From an uncultured Thermoplasmata archaeon (GTDB lineage Archaea > Thermoplasmatota > Thermoplasmata > Lutacidiplasmatales > UBA184), in assembly GCA_963809035.1 (NCBI GenBank), contig CAWEHV010000002.1, positions 1,312,113 through 1,376,112 on the forward strand: a DNA stretch of 64,000 nt, read 5' to 3'. Made by a program: the position numbers and the translations under genes. Positions within the stretch are counted from its first letter, which is position 1; each line of letters begins with the position of its first letter. Positions 52,360-63,149 of this stretch are shown in pieces. The notes beneath the pieces were generated by a model, which did no database searches, had not been told where the DNA came from, and saw only the letters and a list, made by a program, of their open reading frames with translations.

Positions 52360-52591
52360 GGACCGAGCACCTCCCCCGCTCGCTAGGCGAGTCTCGGAGG
52401 CCTCCTCCGCTTCCCGATGACCGTTAGGAGGGGCGATCGCGAGCGCATCGAGCCCTCCACGCGAAATTCGGTCGCTGATTTTCCGTGCGTGAAATCCGCC
52501 GGATCTCGTCGGCTGGGCGGCCTGGCCGTCCGCGCAGCGGGCGGGCACCAAGCTCTTGAGGACAGCGAACGCTCGTTCGGCGATGGCGCGG

Positions 52592-53035
52592 ATGGTGGAG
52601 TACGAGGAGTCGGAGGTCTTTCCCTTCTCGCGGGAGAAGGTCTGGAGGTTGCTTCGGGCCCACAATGACGAGGCAACGATCGGCCGCATTCACCCGCTGA
52701 TCAAGAGCCAGAAGACGCTCTCGAAGGACGGCGACGACACGACATTACAGCGCTCGATCGACGTCCGAGGAAAGCAGCTCAACTCCCAGTGGAAGATCAC
52801 CTTCCGCCCGCCGGGTTTCTCCCGCTACGAGATCCTGGCGAGCGAGGGGCCCTGGTCGCAGGGGAGCTCGGTGGAGAACCACTACTCGGAGGCTCCGGGT
52901 GGGACGATGATTCAGAGCCGAATGAAGCTCCACATCAGCGTGTTGCCGTTCTTCTTGCCACAGAAAACGATGTCCCGGCGGATCCTGAACGACATCGACA
53001 AGGAAGACCGCGCGTTCCTCGCCAACTCCCCGTAA
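52592..53035 (+). CDS. SRPBCC-like hypothetical protein
   Basis: FPFSREKVWRLL and helix-grip-like layout. Confidence 0.6.
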   Translation: MVEYEESEVFPFSREKVWRLLRAHNDEATIGRIHPLIKSQKTLSKDGDDTTLQRSIDVRGKQLNSQWKITFRPPGFSRYEILASEGPWSQGSSVENHYSEAPGGTMIQSRMKLHISVLPFFLPQKTMSRRILNDIDKEDRAFLANSP

Positions 53036-53042
53036 GTCGGCG

Positions 53043-53705
53043 TCACCCCCGCCGGTCCCCGCGTACCGAACCCTTGGCCGGTGAGGCCTCCCCGTCCGTC
53101 GGGCCGGTCCTCCAATCGGGGGGGCGGGCCAACAGGTGGCGGGTCACGGGCCAGGATCTCTGCGCGAGCAGGACGTGCCAGGGGTGGGCTTGAACGAGAT
53201 AGGCCCACCGTTCGGGGGTCACCCGAAGGGAGGGTCGACGGCGGACGAACGAACAGCTCACGCGAGGGTAGCTCGCGTAGAGGAGGCCACCCGGACGGAG
53301 GATGCGCCAGGCTTCGTCCATGGCCCCCTCCTTGTCGACCATGCAGCACAGCACGAGCGAGAGGAGGACCCGGTCGACCGACCCGTCGGGGATCTCGGGA
53401 ACGTGGGCCGCGGATCCGACGAGAAAGCGGACCCGAGGGTTAGACCCCGCGCGTCGGCGAGCCTGATCCAGATTTGCCGGGTCCGGGTCGACGGCGTAGA
53501 GCGACCCCTGGGGGCCGACCCGCCGGAGCAGCTCTTCGACGAAGAAGCCCACCCCGGCTCCCAGGTCCGCCACGGTCTGCCCGGGCTGGATCTGGAGGTG
53601 GGTCAGCTCGCGGGTGGACGGAGCCAGGTAGCGACGGAGGGGGTTGTCGAGGGACCACGGACGGCACCGGCGGTCCATCGGTGCCATGGGCAAGCGCGAC
53701 GTCAT
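53043..53705 (-). CDS. Class I SAM-dependent methyltransferase
   Basis: VADLGAGVGF, YAVD, SVDRV, RILRPGG. Confidence 0.85.
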   Translation of the reverse strand: MTSRLPMAPMDRRCRPWSLDNPLRRYLAPSTRELTHLQIQPGQTVADLGAGVGFFVEELLRRVGPQGSLYAVDPDPANLDQARRRAGSNPRVRFLVGSAAHVPEIPDGSVDRVLLSLVLCCMVDKEGAMDEAWRILRPGGLLYASYPRVSCSFVRRRPSLRVTPERWAYLVQAHPWHVLLAQRSWPVTRHLLARPPDWRTGPTDGEASPAKGSVRGDRRG

Positions 53706-53822
53706 GGAATTCACCAGAGGGACCCCAGGGGCGCCCGCGGGGAGGCGTCCGAGAGGTCGTTGGGACGGGGGACCGCCACCAGCCTAAAGAGGCCGCTCCC
53801 TTCCGACCGCTGGGTACGATCG

Positions 53823-54773
53823 GTGCGGGCGCTCGTGACGGGAGGGACCGGGTTCCTGGGCAGCTACATGGCGTCCCACCTGGCCGACGAAGGGGTCGAG
53901 GTCACGGCCAGCCATCTCCCGCGGCTCGCGCCCAGCGGAGCGGAACCGCCGAAGGGGGTCCGGGTCGTCCCGCTGGACGTCACGGACCGCGCCCAGGTCA
54001 TGCGGTTGGTGGCCGAGACGCGACCGGAGGTGGTCTACCATTTCGCGGGGCAGGCCTTTGTCATCCCTTCCTGGGAGGACCCCGCCGGAACCTTTGCCAC
54101 CAACCTGACCGGGACGCTGTACCTGCTCGAGGAGCTTCGGCATCACTTCCCGCAAACACGGTTTGCCTTCGCCGGAAGCGGGACGGAGTACGGGGACCCT
54201 CCGCACATCCCCACGTCCGAGGACTCCCCGCTCCGACCGACGAGCCCGTACGCCTCCAGCAAAGCGGCCGCCGACCTGCTCTGCTACCAGTACTTCCGGA
54301 GCTTCGGGGTCCCCGTATTCCGGTACCGGATCTTCGGGACGACCGGCCCGGGCAAGCGCGGCGACTCCACGAACGATTTTGCCAGCCAGATCGCCCAGCT
54401 CGAACGCCAGCCCGAGCCCCGGGTGCTCCGCGTCGGGAACCTCGACAAGCAGCGGGATATCCAGGACGTCCGGGACGCGGTACGGGCGATGGTGGCGGTC
54501 GTTGAAAAGGGGCAACCCGGCGAGGCCTACAACATCGCGAGCGGGGTCCCCCGGAACGTGCGGCAGAACCTCGAGACGCTCCTCTCCTTCGCCCAGGTCC
54601 CCATCCGCGTCGAGACCGCTCCGGACCGGATGCGGCTCGTGGACGAGCCCATCCACCTGGCGGACGTCTCGAAGCTCCGAGCGCTCGGCTGGGCGCCCCA
54701 GATCCCGTTCGAGCGGACGTTAAAGGATATCTTGGAAAGTTGGCGGAAGACGGACGTCCCTCCGGCGGCGTGA
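53823..54773 (+). CDS. NDP-sugar dehydratase/reductase (GDP-mannose 4,6-dehydratase/RMD-like SDR)
   Basis: ALVTGGTGFLG, HFAGQAFV..SW, SPYASSK, VGNLD..RD..DVRD. Confidence 0.88.
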   Translation: MRALVTGGTGFLGSYMASHLADEGVEVTASHLPRLAPSGAEPPKGVRVVPLDVTDRAQVMRLVAETRPEVVYHFAGQAFVIPSWEDPAGTFATNLTGTLYLLEELRHHFPQTRFAFAGSGTEYGDPPHIPTSEDSPLRPTSPYASSKAAADLLCYQYFRSFGVPVFRYRIFGTTGPGKRGDSTNDFASQIAQLERQPEPRVLRVGNLDKQRDIQDVRDAVRAMVAVVEKGQPGEAYNIASGVPRNVRQNLETLLSFAQVPIRVETAPDRMRLVDEPIHLADVSKLRALGWAPQIPFERTLKDILESWRKTDVPPAA

Positions 54774-54807
54774 CCGACCGTCCACGCCAAAGGTCCGTGG
54801 GGATGGA

Positions 54808-57564
54808 CTAGGCGGACCCGCCCTCGGACCCGGGTCCCGACCCCTCGGTGGGGAAGGGGTTCTCCTCGTACAGCTGCGCCCGGGGGGGTTCCCTCGCCCG
54901 GCGCCGCAGGTTGACCACCGCGACCGTCCCGACGACGACCACCACGATGTCCATGGCCAGCAGCAGGTAGTCGACCGGCCCGAACGCGAAGGGGGAAGGG
55001 ACGGTGGAGATAGCCACGAAGCTCAGGTACAAGGCCACGGGCGCCCCGTAGACCCCGAAGGATCCCTCGTCACGGGCCGAGGCGTAGCCGGAGACGCTGG
55101 TGACCCGGAAGAAGTGCGTGCCGTTCGGCTCGAGGAATACCATGGCGGGGCTGTTCGTATCCTGCTGGATGCTGTCCACGGTGGCGAACCAGACCGCTCC
55201 GTAAGGAAGGCCGGACTCGGTCAGCGTGACCCGGTACGTCGTCCGGATGAAGGTGGCCGCGAGCGCGGGGCCGGCCCCGTTGACGACGAACGTCACCCCT
55301 TCCACCGCCCCCTCGAAGGTCTTGTTCGCGCTGTCGACGAAGTACTGGTAGGACCCGTTCGTCAGGTTGAGCTCCACGAGCGTTCCTGTCGAGTTCACCG
55401 GTGCGTTGGCACTGAGATTGAGGTACCAAAGGGTTCCGGTCGGAAGGCCCGACTGTTGGAACGTGACCAGGTACGTCTCCGCGATGAACAGGACGGAGAC
55501 CGTCCCCTGGAGGTAGTTGGTGACGTACGCCCGGCCACTGACGGAATCGAAGGCCAGATCTCCCGGCCCCGCGCCGACCGGGACGGTCGCCACGACCGAC
55601 CCGAGGGAATCGGAGATGACGCTCACGTCGTCCTGGACGAGCGAGCTCGTGACCAGCACCTCCCCGGTCCCCGGGTCATACGCGGCACTTTCCGGGTGAC
55701 CCGGCATCGGGATCGCCCCCACGACCGCGTCGGTACGGTCCGAGATGATGCTGACGTTGTCGTCGAGGGAGTTCGCGACGAAGACCTCGGCTTGTCCGCT
55801 GTCGTACGCGATACTGACGGGGTTCGCACCGACCGAGACGGTCCCCACGACCCGGTTCGTGACGTCCGACACGACCGAGACGTTGCTCGAGAAGTAGTTC
55901 GCGACCATGACCTCGTGGCGTCCGGCGTCGTAGGCGATCCCCTCCGGGTGGTCGCCCACCGAGAACCGGGCGAGGACCGTGTTCGTCAGGTCCGAGATGA
56001 CGCTCACCTGGTTCGAGGCCCCGTCACTGACGAAGACCTCGCCCCGATCGGCGTCGTACGCGAGCCCGTCCGCGCCGCCCCGGACCGGGATAGTCGCGAC
56101 CACGGCGTTCGAGGCATCCGAGATCACGCTCACGACATTGGAGGCAGCGTACCCCACGAAGACCTCCCCGGTCCCGCCGTCGTAGGCGATGGCGTCGGGA
56201 AAGCTCGGGACCGCGACCGTGGCCACGATCGTGTTCGATACGCCCGAGATGACGCTCACCGTGTTCGAGAACGCGCTGATGACGAACGCCTCGGCCGCGC
56301 GGGTGTCGTAGGCCACCGCCACCGGCTCCGCCCCGACCGGGACCGTCGCCACCACCTCCTCGGACACATCGGAGAGGACGCTGACGTTGTTCGAGTCCGA
56401 GTTGGCGACGAAGATCCGGCCGGCGTTCCCGTCGTAGCTCATCCCCGCGGGCCCGCTCCCGACCGGGACCGAGCCCGCGATCCGGTTCGTACCGCCAGCG
56501 ATGAGGCTCACGTTGTTGGATCCGTGGTTGCCGACCACCACGTCCCGGGTGCCGGAATCGAACGTGACGCTCTGCGGTTGGCTGCCGACCGGGACGGTCG
56601 CCACGACCGTATCGGTCGAGTCGGACACGACACTGACGTTGTCCGAGCCGGAGTTGGTCACGAAGATCGTGCCGGTCAGGTCGTCGTACGCCACCGCGAC
56701 CGGATCGGTTCCGACCGGAACGGTCGCGAAGAGAGCCCCGGTCCCCACGGTGAGGACGCTGACGGTATCTGAACGGGAATTGCTGACGAAGAGCTGGTTC
56801 GTCCCGCTGTCGAGGGCGATCCCGGAGGGTCCGTCGCCCACGGGGATCAGACCCACCACGCCATCGGTCGTATCCGAAATGACGGTGACATTGCCCGTCG
56901 CCTGGTTCACGACGAACACCTCCCCCGCCGGACCGTCGACCACGGCCGCCACGGGCGAGCCTCCGACCGGGATGGTCTGGACCACCGTGTCCGAGGCGTC
57001 GGAGATCACGCTGACGCTCCCCGACCCGCTGTTCGTGACGAAGACCTCTCCCCGGCTCGCGTCGTAGGCCCCTCCGGTCGGACTTTCGCCGGTCGCGATC
57101 GTGCGGACCACGGGTTGGCTTCCGGAGGAGAAGACGGCCACGTTCGAGGAGTAATAGTTCGCGACGAAGACCTGGGCCGTCCCCCCATCGTAGACGAGCC
57201 CTTCCGGTGAGGCACCGTTCTCGGCCAGGAAATCGCCGGGAAGGAGGCTGTCGTTGAACAGGACGAGCGTTCCGGAGACGTACGGCCGTTGGGGGCTGAC
57301 CGAAGGGTGGGGCGCGAGCGGGGGCGGAGGTACCGCCGAAACCGCCGAGCCGCCGGAGCTCACTGGCTCAGAGGTCGCCCCGAGCGCGAGGCCCCGATCC
57401 ACCCCCAGAGTCCCTGGGGGTCCTCCGGAGGCCCCTGGGGGAGCCGGGGCATGGGCCAGCAGAACGAGGGCGACGAACCCACTAAGAATCACGACTCCGA
57501 CGGTCCCCAGGGCGACGGTCCCGGAAACCGTGCCCCGAGCCGGCCAGCGTTCCGGCGTCTTCAT
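54808..57564 (-). CDS. Membrane-anchored YVTN beta-propeller surface protein
   Basis: ~14 blades, two stalk repeats, TM followed by RRR. Confidence 0.9.
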   Translation of the reverse strand: MKTPERWPARGTVSGTVALGTVGVVILSGFVALVLLAHAPAPPGASGGPPGTLGVDRGLALGATSEPVSSGGSAVSAVPPPPLAPHPSVSPQRPYVSGTLVLFNDSLLPGDFLAENGASPEGLVYDGGTAQVFVANYYSSNVAVFSSGSQPVVRTIATGESPTGGAYDASRGEVFVTNSGSGSVSVISDASDTVVQTIPVGGSPVAAVVDGPAGEVFVVNQATGNVTVISDTTDGVVGLIPVGDGPSGIALDSGTNQLFVSNSRSDTVSVLTVGTGALFATVPVGTDPVAVAYDDLTGTIFVTNSGSDNVSVVSDSTDTVVATVPVGSQPQSVTFDSGTRDVVVGNHGSNNVSLIAGGTNRIAGSVPVGSGPAGMSYDGNAGRIFVANSDSNNVSVLSDVSEEVVATVPVGAEPVAVAYDTRAAEAFVISAFSNTVSVISGVSNTIVATVAVPSFPDAIAYDGGTGEVFVGYAASNVVSVISDASNAVVATIPVRGGADGLAYDADRGEVFVSDGASNQVSVISDLTNTVLARFSVGDHPEGIAYDAGRHEVMVANYFSSNVSVVSDVTNRVVGTVSVGANPVSIAYDSGQAEVFVANSLDDNVSIISDRTDAVVGAIPMPGHPESAAYDPGTGEVLVTSSLVQDDVSVISDSLGSVVATVPVGAGPGDLAFDSVSGRAYVTNYLQGTVSVLFIAETYLVTFQQSGLPTGTLWYLNLSANAPVNSTGTLVELNLTNGSYQYFVDSANKTFEGAVEGVTFVVNGAGPALAATFIRTTYRVTLTESGLPYGAVWFATVDSIQQDTNSPAMVFLEPNGTHFFRVTSVSGYASARDEGSFGVYGAPVALYLSFVAISTVPSPFAFGPVDYLLLAMDIVVVVVGTVAVVNLRRRAREPPRAQLYEENPFPTEGSGPGSEGGSA

Positions 57565-57702
57565 CTCGGGCGCGTCGGGGGGACGCAGGAGACCCAAGGG
57601 GCATGGACGTTATCTGACCTTCGAGGGCCAGGAGACCTTCGTCGGCTCACCCCTCCCACCTCCGGGGCGTGCGGCGGGTGGGGTCGATACGGCCGCGCGC
57701 GG

Positions 57703-60432
57703 TCACGGGGCTTTGAACCAATCGGGGTCGGGTTTCCGACGCCTCTGGCGCCAGACGGCCCAGGAGATCAGAACGGCCACGGCGGCGACGATTCCCAGCA
57801 ACTCCGCCACGAGCGTCTCGGTCTGGGACCCCGGGGAGGGGCCCACGGCCCCAGGGGGAGGCTGGAAGCTGACCGGGATCGTCCCCGCCGGTGGTCCGTC
57901 GACCCGGACGGAGCTATTGGACGGCGAGGCGACGTATCCGCGGACCGGATCCACGACGTACCCGTACGACCCATTGGTCATCTGTGCAAACTCGATGGAG
58001 GGGGTCGTGCTGGATAGGAAAACCCCGTTCAGGACCACCGACCAGCTCGTGCCCGGCGGAAGACCGCTCTCGACGAACCCGAGGGTATACGTCGTCGGAA
58101 CGAAGACGACCTCCTCACGGACCGCCCCTCCTTCGACCTGGAGCGTTCCGCCCGCGAGGGTCGGATGGTAGATCGAGTTCGGAGTCCCGATGGAGTAGGA
58201 ATAGGTCCCGTTCGTGAGGTTGATCCACGCCGAGGTCGTCGCGGTGAGGACGGGTAGCTCGCCACTGACATTGAGGGACCACACCTGGCTCGTGGTAAGC
58301 CCGGTCTCGTTGACGGTCAACAGATAGGTCGTCGGGCCGGCCGAGAGCAGGGAGAGGGTGCCCTGAGCGTAATCACTGACCGCGAACTGCTCCACCGCTG
58401 GGTCCCAGGCCACGCCGCGAGGGCTCGCTCCGACCGGGACGGTCGCGATCACGGAATTCGTCGCGTCCGACAGTACGCTCGTGTTCGCCGAGGCGTCGTT
58501 GGCGACCGCGACCTCCCCCAGCCCCGGGTCGTAGGCGACCCCCTGGGGGGCGGACCCGACCCGGACGGTCGCGACCAGGGCGTCGCTCCGGTCGGAGAGG
58601 ACGCTGACGGTGTTGGAATCCTGGTTCGCGACGAACACCTCCCCCCGGGTCGAGTCGTACGCGAGACCATCGGGGTACGTCCCGACGGGGATCGTCGCTA
58701 CCACCCGGTTCACCGTGTCCGAGATCACGCTCACGTTGTCCCAGCCGACTCCGGGCTGCGTCACGAACACTTCTCCCCGCCCGCGGTCGTACGTCACCGC
58801 GTCCGGGGCACCTCCGACCGGGATCGAGCTCACCACGGTGTAGCTCGAGTCAGAGATCACGCTCACGGTGTTGGAGACCTCGTCGGCCACGAAGATCTCC
58901 CGAAGGCCCCCGTCATAGGCGAGCCCTGCGGGGCTCCCCGGAGAGGGCACGCTCGCGACGACCTGATCGCTCTGGTCGGAGATCACGCTGATCGTGTCCG
59001 AGCCCGTATTCGCCACGAAGACCTCCCGGGCCGCGGGGTCGTAGGCCAGCGCGCTCGGATCGAGGCCGACCGGGATGCTCGCCACGACGGTTCGGCTCGT
59101 ATCGGGGACGACCAACACTCGGTCGGTGGTGTAATCGGTGACGAACATCTCGCCCATCGCGGTATCGTACGCCACCGCGTCGGGGTACGAACCCACGGCG
59201 ACGGCGGCGATCTCGTTATACAACAGGTCCGAGAGCACGGTGACGCTGTTGGGAAAATAGCTCACGACGAAGATCTCCCCTCTTCCGGAGTCGTACGCCT
59301 CGGCCACAGGGGTCGTCGCCACCTGGGGGCTCGCGACGACGGTCGTGTTGGCCCCGAGGATCACGCTCAGGTTGCTCGACCCGTAATTGGCCACAAAGAC
59401 CTCCCCCCGCCCCGGGTCGTAGACCGTCGCAAGCGGGTTGGTTCCCACGGTCACGGTGTGCACGATCTGGTCGTTCGCGTCGGAGACCACGCTGACCGTA
59501 TCCGAGGCGTAGTTGGCCACATAGAACTCCGAGTTCTCCGTGTCGAACGCGACGGATACGGGATGTCTACCCGTCGTGACGCTCGCGACGACCGAATTGG
59601 TCACGTCGGAGATCACGCTCACGTTGTCCGAATCGTAGTTGGCTACGAACACCTCCTCGGGGGTCGGGCCATAGGCCAGGGCGTCCGGATCCCGGGCCGT
59701 GGCCACCGTCGCCACGACCGAGTCGGTGACGTCCGAGATAACGGATACATTGTCCGACCCCGAGTTCGCGACGAAGACCTCGGCCAGGCGGGGGTCGTAC
59801 ACGACCGCGCTCGGAGTGAATCCCACTGGAACCGTCGCGACGACCTGATCGTTCGCCCCGTCGATGACGCTCACATTGGCCGAATACAGGTTCGCTACGA
59901 ACACCTGGCCGGTGCCCGTGTCGAAGGCGTCGGCGTCGGGGTAGGTCCCGACCCGCACGGTCGCCACGACCTCGTTGAGAGCATCGGAGATGATGCTGAC
60001 GCTGTCGGTGGCGAAGTCGCAAATGAAAACCTGGCCGGTCGTGGAGTCGTACGCCGCGCCGTCGGGATCCGCCCCATTCCCGGCGAGGAAGTTACCGGGC
60101 AGTACGCTGCTGTTGAACAACACGACGGTCGCGGCCACGTGGGGAGCGTCGGCTCCGGGTCCCGAAGCCCTCCGCGTGCCGGGGGGCGAGGGAGGTGCGC
60201 TCGAGCCGAGGGTCCCATGGAGGGCGGGGACCCTGGGTCCAGGGCTCCCAGCATGGCCTGGAGCAGATTGAGAGACCTGGATCGGACTGGTCGGTGCCCT
60301 CCAGCCGTCAGGGACAACGCTTGGAATGGTTGGCAGACCCGGGGCCGTGATCAGGAAGGCTCCCGCAATAGCGATGGAGAGCGCCACCCGGAGGTGGAGT
60401 CCATGCCGCCCCGGGTGGTTCGGCCGTTCCAT
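57703..60432 (-). CDS. Membrane-anchored YVTN beta-propeller surface protein (tandem paralog)
   Basis: Same architecture as 54808-57564. Confidence 0.9.
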   Translation of the reverse strand: MERPNHPGRHGLHLRVALSIAIAGAFLITAPGLPTIPSVVPDGWRAPTSPIQVSQSAPGHAGSPGPRVPALHGTLGSSAPPSPPGTRRASGPGADAPHVAATVVLFNSSVLPGNFLAGNGADPDGAAYDSTTGQVFICDFATDSVSIISDALNEVVATVRVGTYPDADAFDTGTGQVFVANLYSANVSVIDGANDQVVATVPVGFTPSAVVYDPRLAEVFVANSGSDNVSVISDVTDSVVATVATARDPDALAYGPTPEEVFVANYDSDNVSVISDVTNSVVASVTTGRHPVSVAFDTENSEFYVANYASDTVSVVSDANDQIVHTVTVGTNPLATVYDPGRGEVFVANYGSSNLSVILGANTTVVASPQVATTPVAEAYDSGRGEIFVVSYFPNSVTVLSDLLYNEIAAVAVGSYPDAVAYDTAMGEMFVTDYTTDRVLVVPDTSRTVVASIPVGLDPSALAYDPAAREVFVANTGSDTISVISDQSDQVVASVPSPGSPAGLAYDGGLREIFVADEVSNTVSVISDSSYTVVSSIPVGGAPDAVTYDRGRGEVFVTQPGVGWDNVSVISDTVNRVVATIPVGTYPDGLAYDSTRGEVFVANQDSNTVSVLSDRSDALVATVRVGSAPQGVAYDPGLGEVAVANDASANTSVLSDATNSVIATVPVGASPRGVAWDPAVEQFAVSDYAQGTLSLLSAGPTTYLLTVNETGLTTSQVWSLNVSGELPVLTATTSAWINLTNGTYSYSIGTPNSIYHPTLAGGTLQVEGGAVREEVVFVPTTYTLGFVESGLPPGTSWSVVLNGVFLSSTTPSIEFAQMTNGSYGYVVDPVRGYVASPSNSSVRVDGPPAGTIPVSFQPPPGAVGPSPGSQTETLVAELLGIVAAVAVLISWAVWRQRRRKPDPDWFKAP

Positions 60433-60644
60433 CCAACGTCCTCCCTGAGGGCAGGTCACGTCAGCGGAACCCGGAACAGCTCTTCTAGGCTTCTGGGCGC
60501 ACCGTCGGCGGGGCGCCCAGCGACCATCGCCAGGTCGACTGGACCACCCCAGGATCGATTGGGGGCCTCAACGTGAGCCGGGCCCTTCGGCGCTGCTTCG
60601 GTCGGTCTCCGGGGCTTCCAGGGCGGGGAGAGACGCATGCATTC

Positions 60645-63149
60645 CTATGGGTTCGATCCAGGAGGCGGGACGGTGGGTCCAGGCGATCCCTGCTGCGGAG
60701 AGCCCGGGGCGGGGGCCGACCCACGTCCTCTCCGCATCAGCACGACCGCCGCGATGATGACCAGGATCGCGAAGATGATCCCGATGAGCACGGAGAGTCC
60801 GGTGCCCGAGGTGAGCGAGAAGCCGCTCGAGGACGATGTTACGGTGATCGTGTCGTGCGCAGTGACCCTCTGGCCCAGGGCGTCCGTGATGACCAACGTG
60901 ACGGTGTACGTGCCCGCCGATCCGTAGGCATGGGTCGGGCCGCCGCTGGAACTAGTCCCGCCGTCGCCGAAGTTCCAGGCATAGGAGAGGGGCGGCGTCC
61001 CGTCGCTGGCCCCGGCGCCGAAGCTGACCGTCTCGCCGCTCGCCGGCGAGGAGGGGATTGCCGTGATCGTGGCTCCCGCGAGCGCCGCGTTGACGAAGAC
61101 GGTCAGGGAAGCCGTTCCCACGAACCCGAGACTGTCGGTCACGTTGATCTGGACGTGGTAGGTCCCCGCCGCCGCGAACGTGTGCGTCGCGGACGCGGTG
61201 CTGGCGGTCCCTCCGTCGCCGAAGCTCCAGTGGTACGACCCGTACGTGCCGCTCCCGGAGGATCCGGATCCGGTGAAGCTGACCGGCAGACCGGCGTCCG
61301 TCGTCGTCACGTTCGAGGAGGCATGCGCCACCACCGCCGCGATCACGTCGACGGTGACGTTCCCGGTGACGTTTCCCCCGCCCGAGTCGTGGATGAGCAA
61401 GCTCGCAACGTAGGTTCCCGGCGAGGCGTATGTGTGGGTGGGGGCCACGGCCGAGGAGGTGCCCGCATCTCCAAAGTTCCAGGAGTACGTGTACGGCGAG
61501 ACGCCCTGACTTACCGTGGCGTTGAAGCTCACCTCGTGTCCGGCCTCGGCAGTGGTCGGATCGGCGTAGACCGTTACCTGAGGGCCGGCCACGACGCTCA
61601 GGTTGTAGAATACCGTCGCGTTGACGTAGAAGAAGTCCTCGACCGTGAACTCCATTTCGTACGTGCCGACCGCGGGGTAGGAGAGTTGCGTTTGGCTGTA
61701 GTTCCAGGGGGTGGTGACGTTGACCCCGTAGATAGTGGTCGATCCGCCCTGCGAATTCCCGTAGTCGGCCTCAAGGTCGATCCAAGGTCCGGACCCGGCA
61801 CCCGCGGCTCCGTGGATCGTCACCGTTACGTTGGCGCCCACGTCGGCGGGATTGGGGGAAACGGCCGATACCTCGAAGGTCGGCGGGATGTCGAGGCTGT
61901 AGGTTTGCCCGATGCAGGAGCAATATCCTCCGATCAGGACGGGGGCATAGGCCGAGCTGTTGACCGGCATCGCATTGTAGGCTCCCTCGGGAGGCGCGTA
62001 GGAACTGTTGGTGAGGAAGGGGAACCAACTGTTCCCGGAGAACGACCAGGAATCGTTGAACCCGGCCCCGGTTGTGTTCAAGCCGCCAAAGAGCAGGATC
62101 GAGTCGGTCTGCCCGTCCCAACTCATCGCCGAGAACGACCGCCCCGTAGGGTACAGGTCGCAAGTGAAGAAGCAACCGACCGAGGAGGCGGTGCGGTTCG
62201 TCCAGGTCCCGTCGGCGAGGGTCCAAGTGGCATTCAGCTGGGCGCCACTCGGGCTCGTTCCCCCGTAGGCGACCATCTCCTGGTCGGCCGCATCGTACGC
62301 CATCGACTCCCCGTAGACGAATCCGAAGGCCTCGACCCCGGACCATGTGCCGGAGGGCCCGAGGGACCAAATCGCATTCCAGACACTGCCGCAGGTTTCG
62401 TTCGTGCAGCCACTGACGTAGTCGATCGACTGGGTGGCAGGGTCCCAAGCCATCGCTCCGAACACCGACGACGGCGAGGCGCCGAGCCCGCCGGTGGTGG
62501 ATGTGATGTTTTCCCAGGTGCCGTCGGTGAAGAGCCAGGTACCGACATCGGGCAACCCGTTCAGATCCCCACCTCCGGCCATCACGATGCCTTCCAAGGC
62601 CGGGTCCCAGTCCATCGACTGACCGGCGATCGGGGGAGGGGCGATTCCGATCGTTAGGCTCTCGTTGACCCAGTTGTTGCCCCCGAAAGCCCAGGTGTAG
62701 TTGTCGGGGCACGGCCCCAAGATATCGCAGCCACCGAAGTAAATCAGTTCCCCAGTGCCGAGGTTAGGATCCCAGGCGATGGCGGCGACATAGGTGGGGT
62801 CGATCGTGCCTGCGTCGTCCGTAACATTGTACCACGAGGGAGAATTGGTAACCGCAGGAGCGGCAGACAAGCGACAGTGGGCCGAGCCCGCCATGAGCAC
62901 GGCACACGACTCGGAATGACCCAGTGCCGGGCCGGCTCCTCTTGCGAGGGAGGCTTCGGCCGACTGGGATACCAGGGACTCGTGGACCGCCGCAAGGGGA
63001 GCGGTCGTGGACCCAGCCATCGGCGCGACGAAGAGAGAGGTCCGGTCCTGAAGGGCGTTATCTCCGCCAATGATGCCCACCGCGAAGCCTAAAATCATGA
63101 CCGACGCGACGATTTCGACCAAGGTTCGAGAGGGTCGGGCGGGTGCCAT
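60645..63149 (-). CDS. Kelch-like propeller plus PKD-domain surface protein
   Basis: FGG...TW repeats; three YxWxFGDG...HTY PKD motifs; TM followed by RRGR and a Pro-rich tail. Confidence 0.88.
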   Translation of the reverse strand: MAPARPSRTLVEIVASVMILGFAVGIIGGDNALQDRTSLFVAPMAGSTTAPLAAVHESLVSQSAEASLARGAGPALGHSESCAVLMAGSAHCRLSAAPAVTNSPSWYNVTDDAGTIDPTYVAAIAWDPNLGTGELIYFGGCDILGPCPDNYTWAFGGNNWVNESLTIGIAPPPIAGQSMDWDPALEGIVMAGGGDLNGLPDVGTWLFTDGTWENITSTTGGLGASPSSVFGAMAWDPATQSIDYVSGCTNETCGSVWNAIWSLGPSGTWSGVEAFGFVYGESMAYDAADQEMVAYGGTSPSGAQLNATWTLADGTWTNRTASSVGCFFTCDLYPTGRSFSAMSWDGQTDSILLFGGLNTTGAGFNDSWSFSGNSWFPFLTNSSYAPPEGAYNAMPVNSSAYAPVLIGGYCSCIGQTYSLDIPPTFEVSAVSPNPADVGANVTVTIHGAAGAGSGPWIDLEADYGNSQGGSTTIYGVNVTTPWNYSQTQLSYPAVGTYEMEFTVEDFFYVNATVFYNLSVVAGPQVTVYADPTTAEAGHEVSFNATVSQGVSPYTYSWNFGDAGTSSAVAPTHTYASPGTYVASLLIHDSGGGNVTGNVTVDVIAAVVAHASSNVTTTDAGLPVSFTGSGSSGSGTYGSYHWSFGDGGTASTASATHTFAAAGTYHVQINVTDSLGFVGTASLTVFVNAALAGATITAIPSSPASGETVSFGAGASDGTPPLSYAWNFGDGGTSSSGGPTHAYGSAGTYTVTLVITDALGQRVTAHDTITVTSSSSGFSLTSGTGLSVLIGIIFAILVIIAAVVLMRRGRGSAPAPGSPQQGSPGPTVPPPGSNP

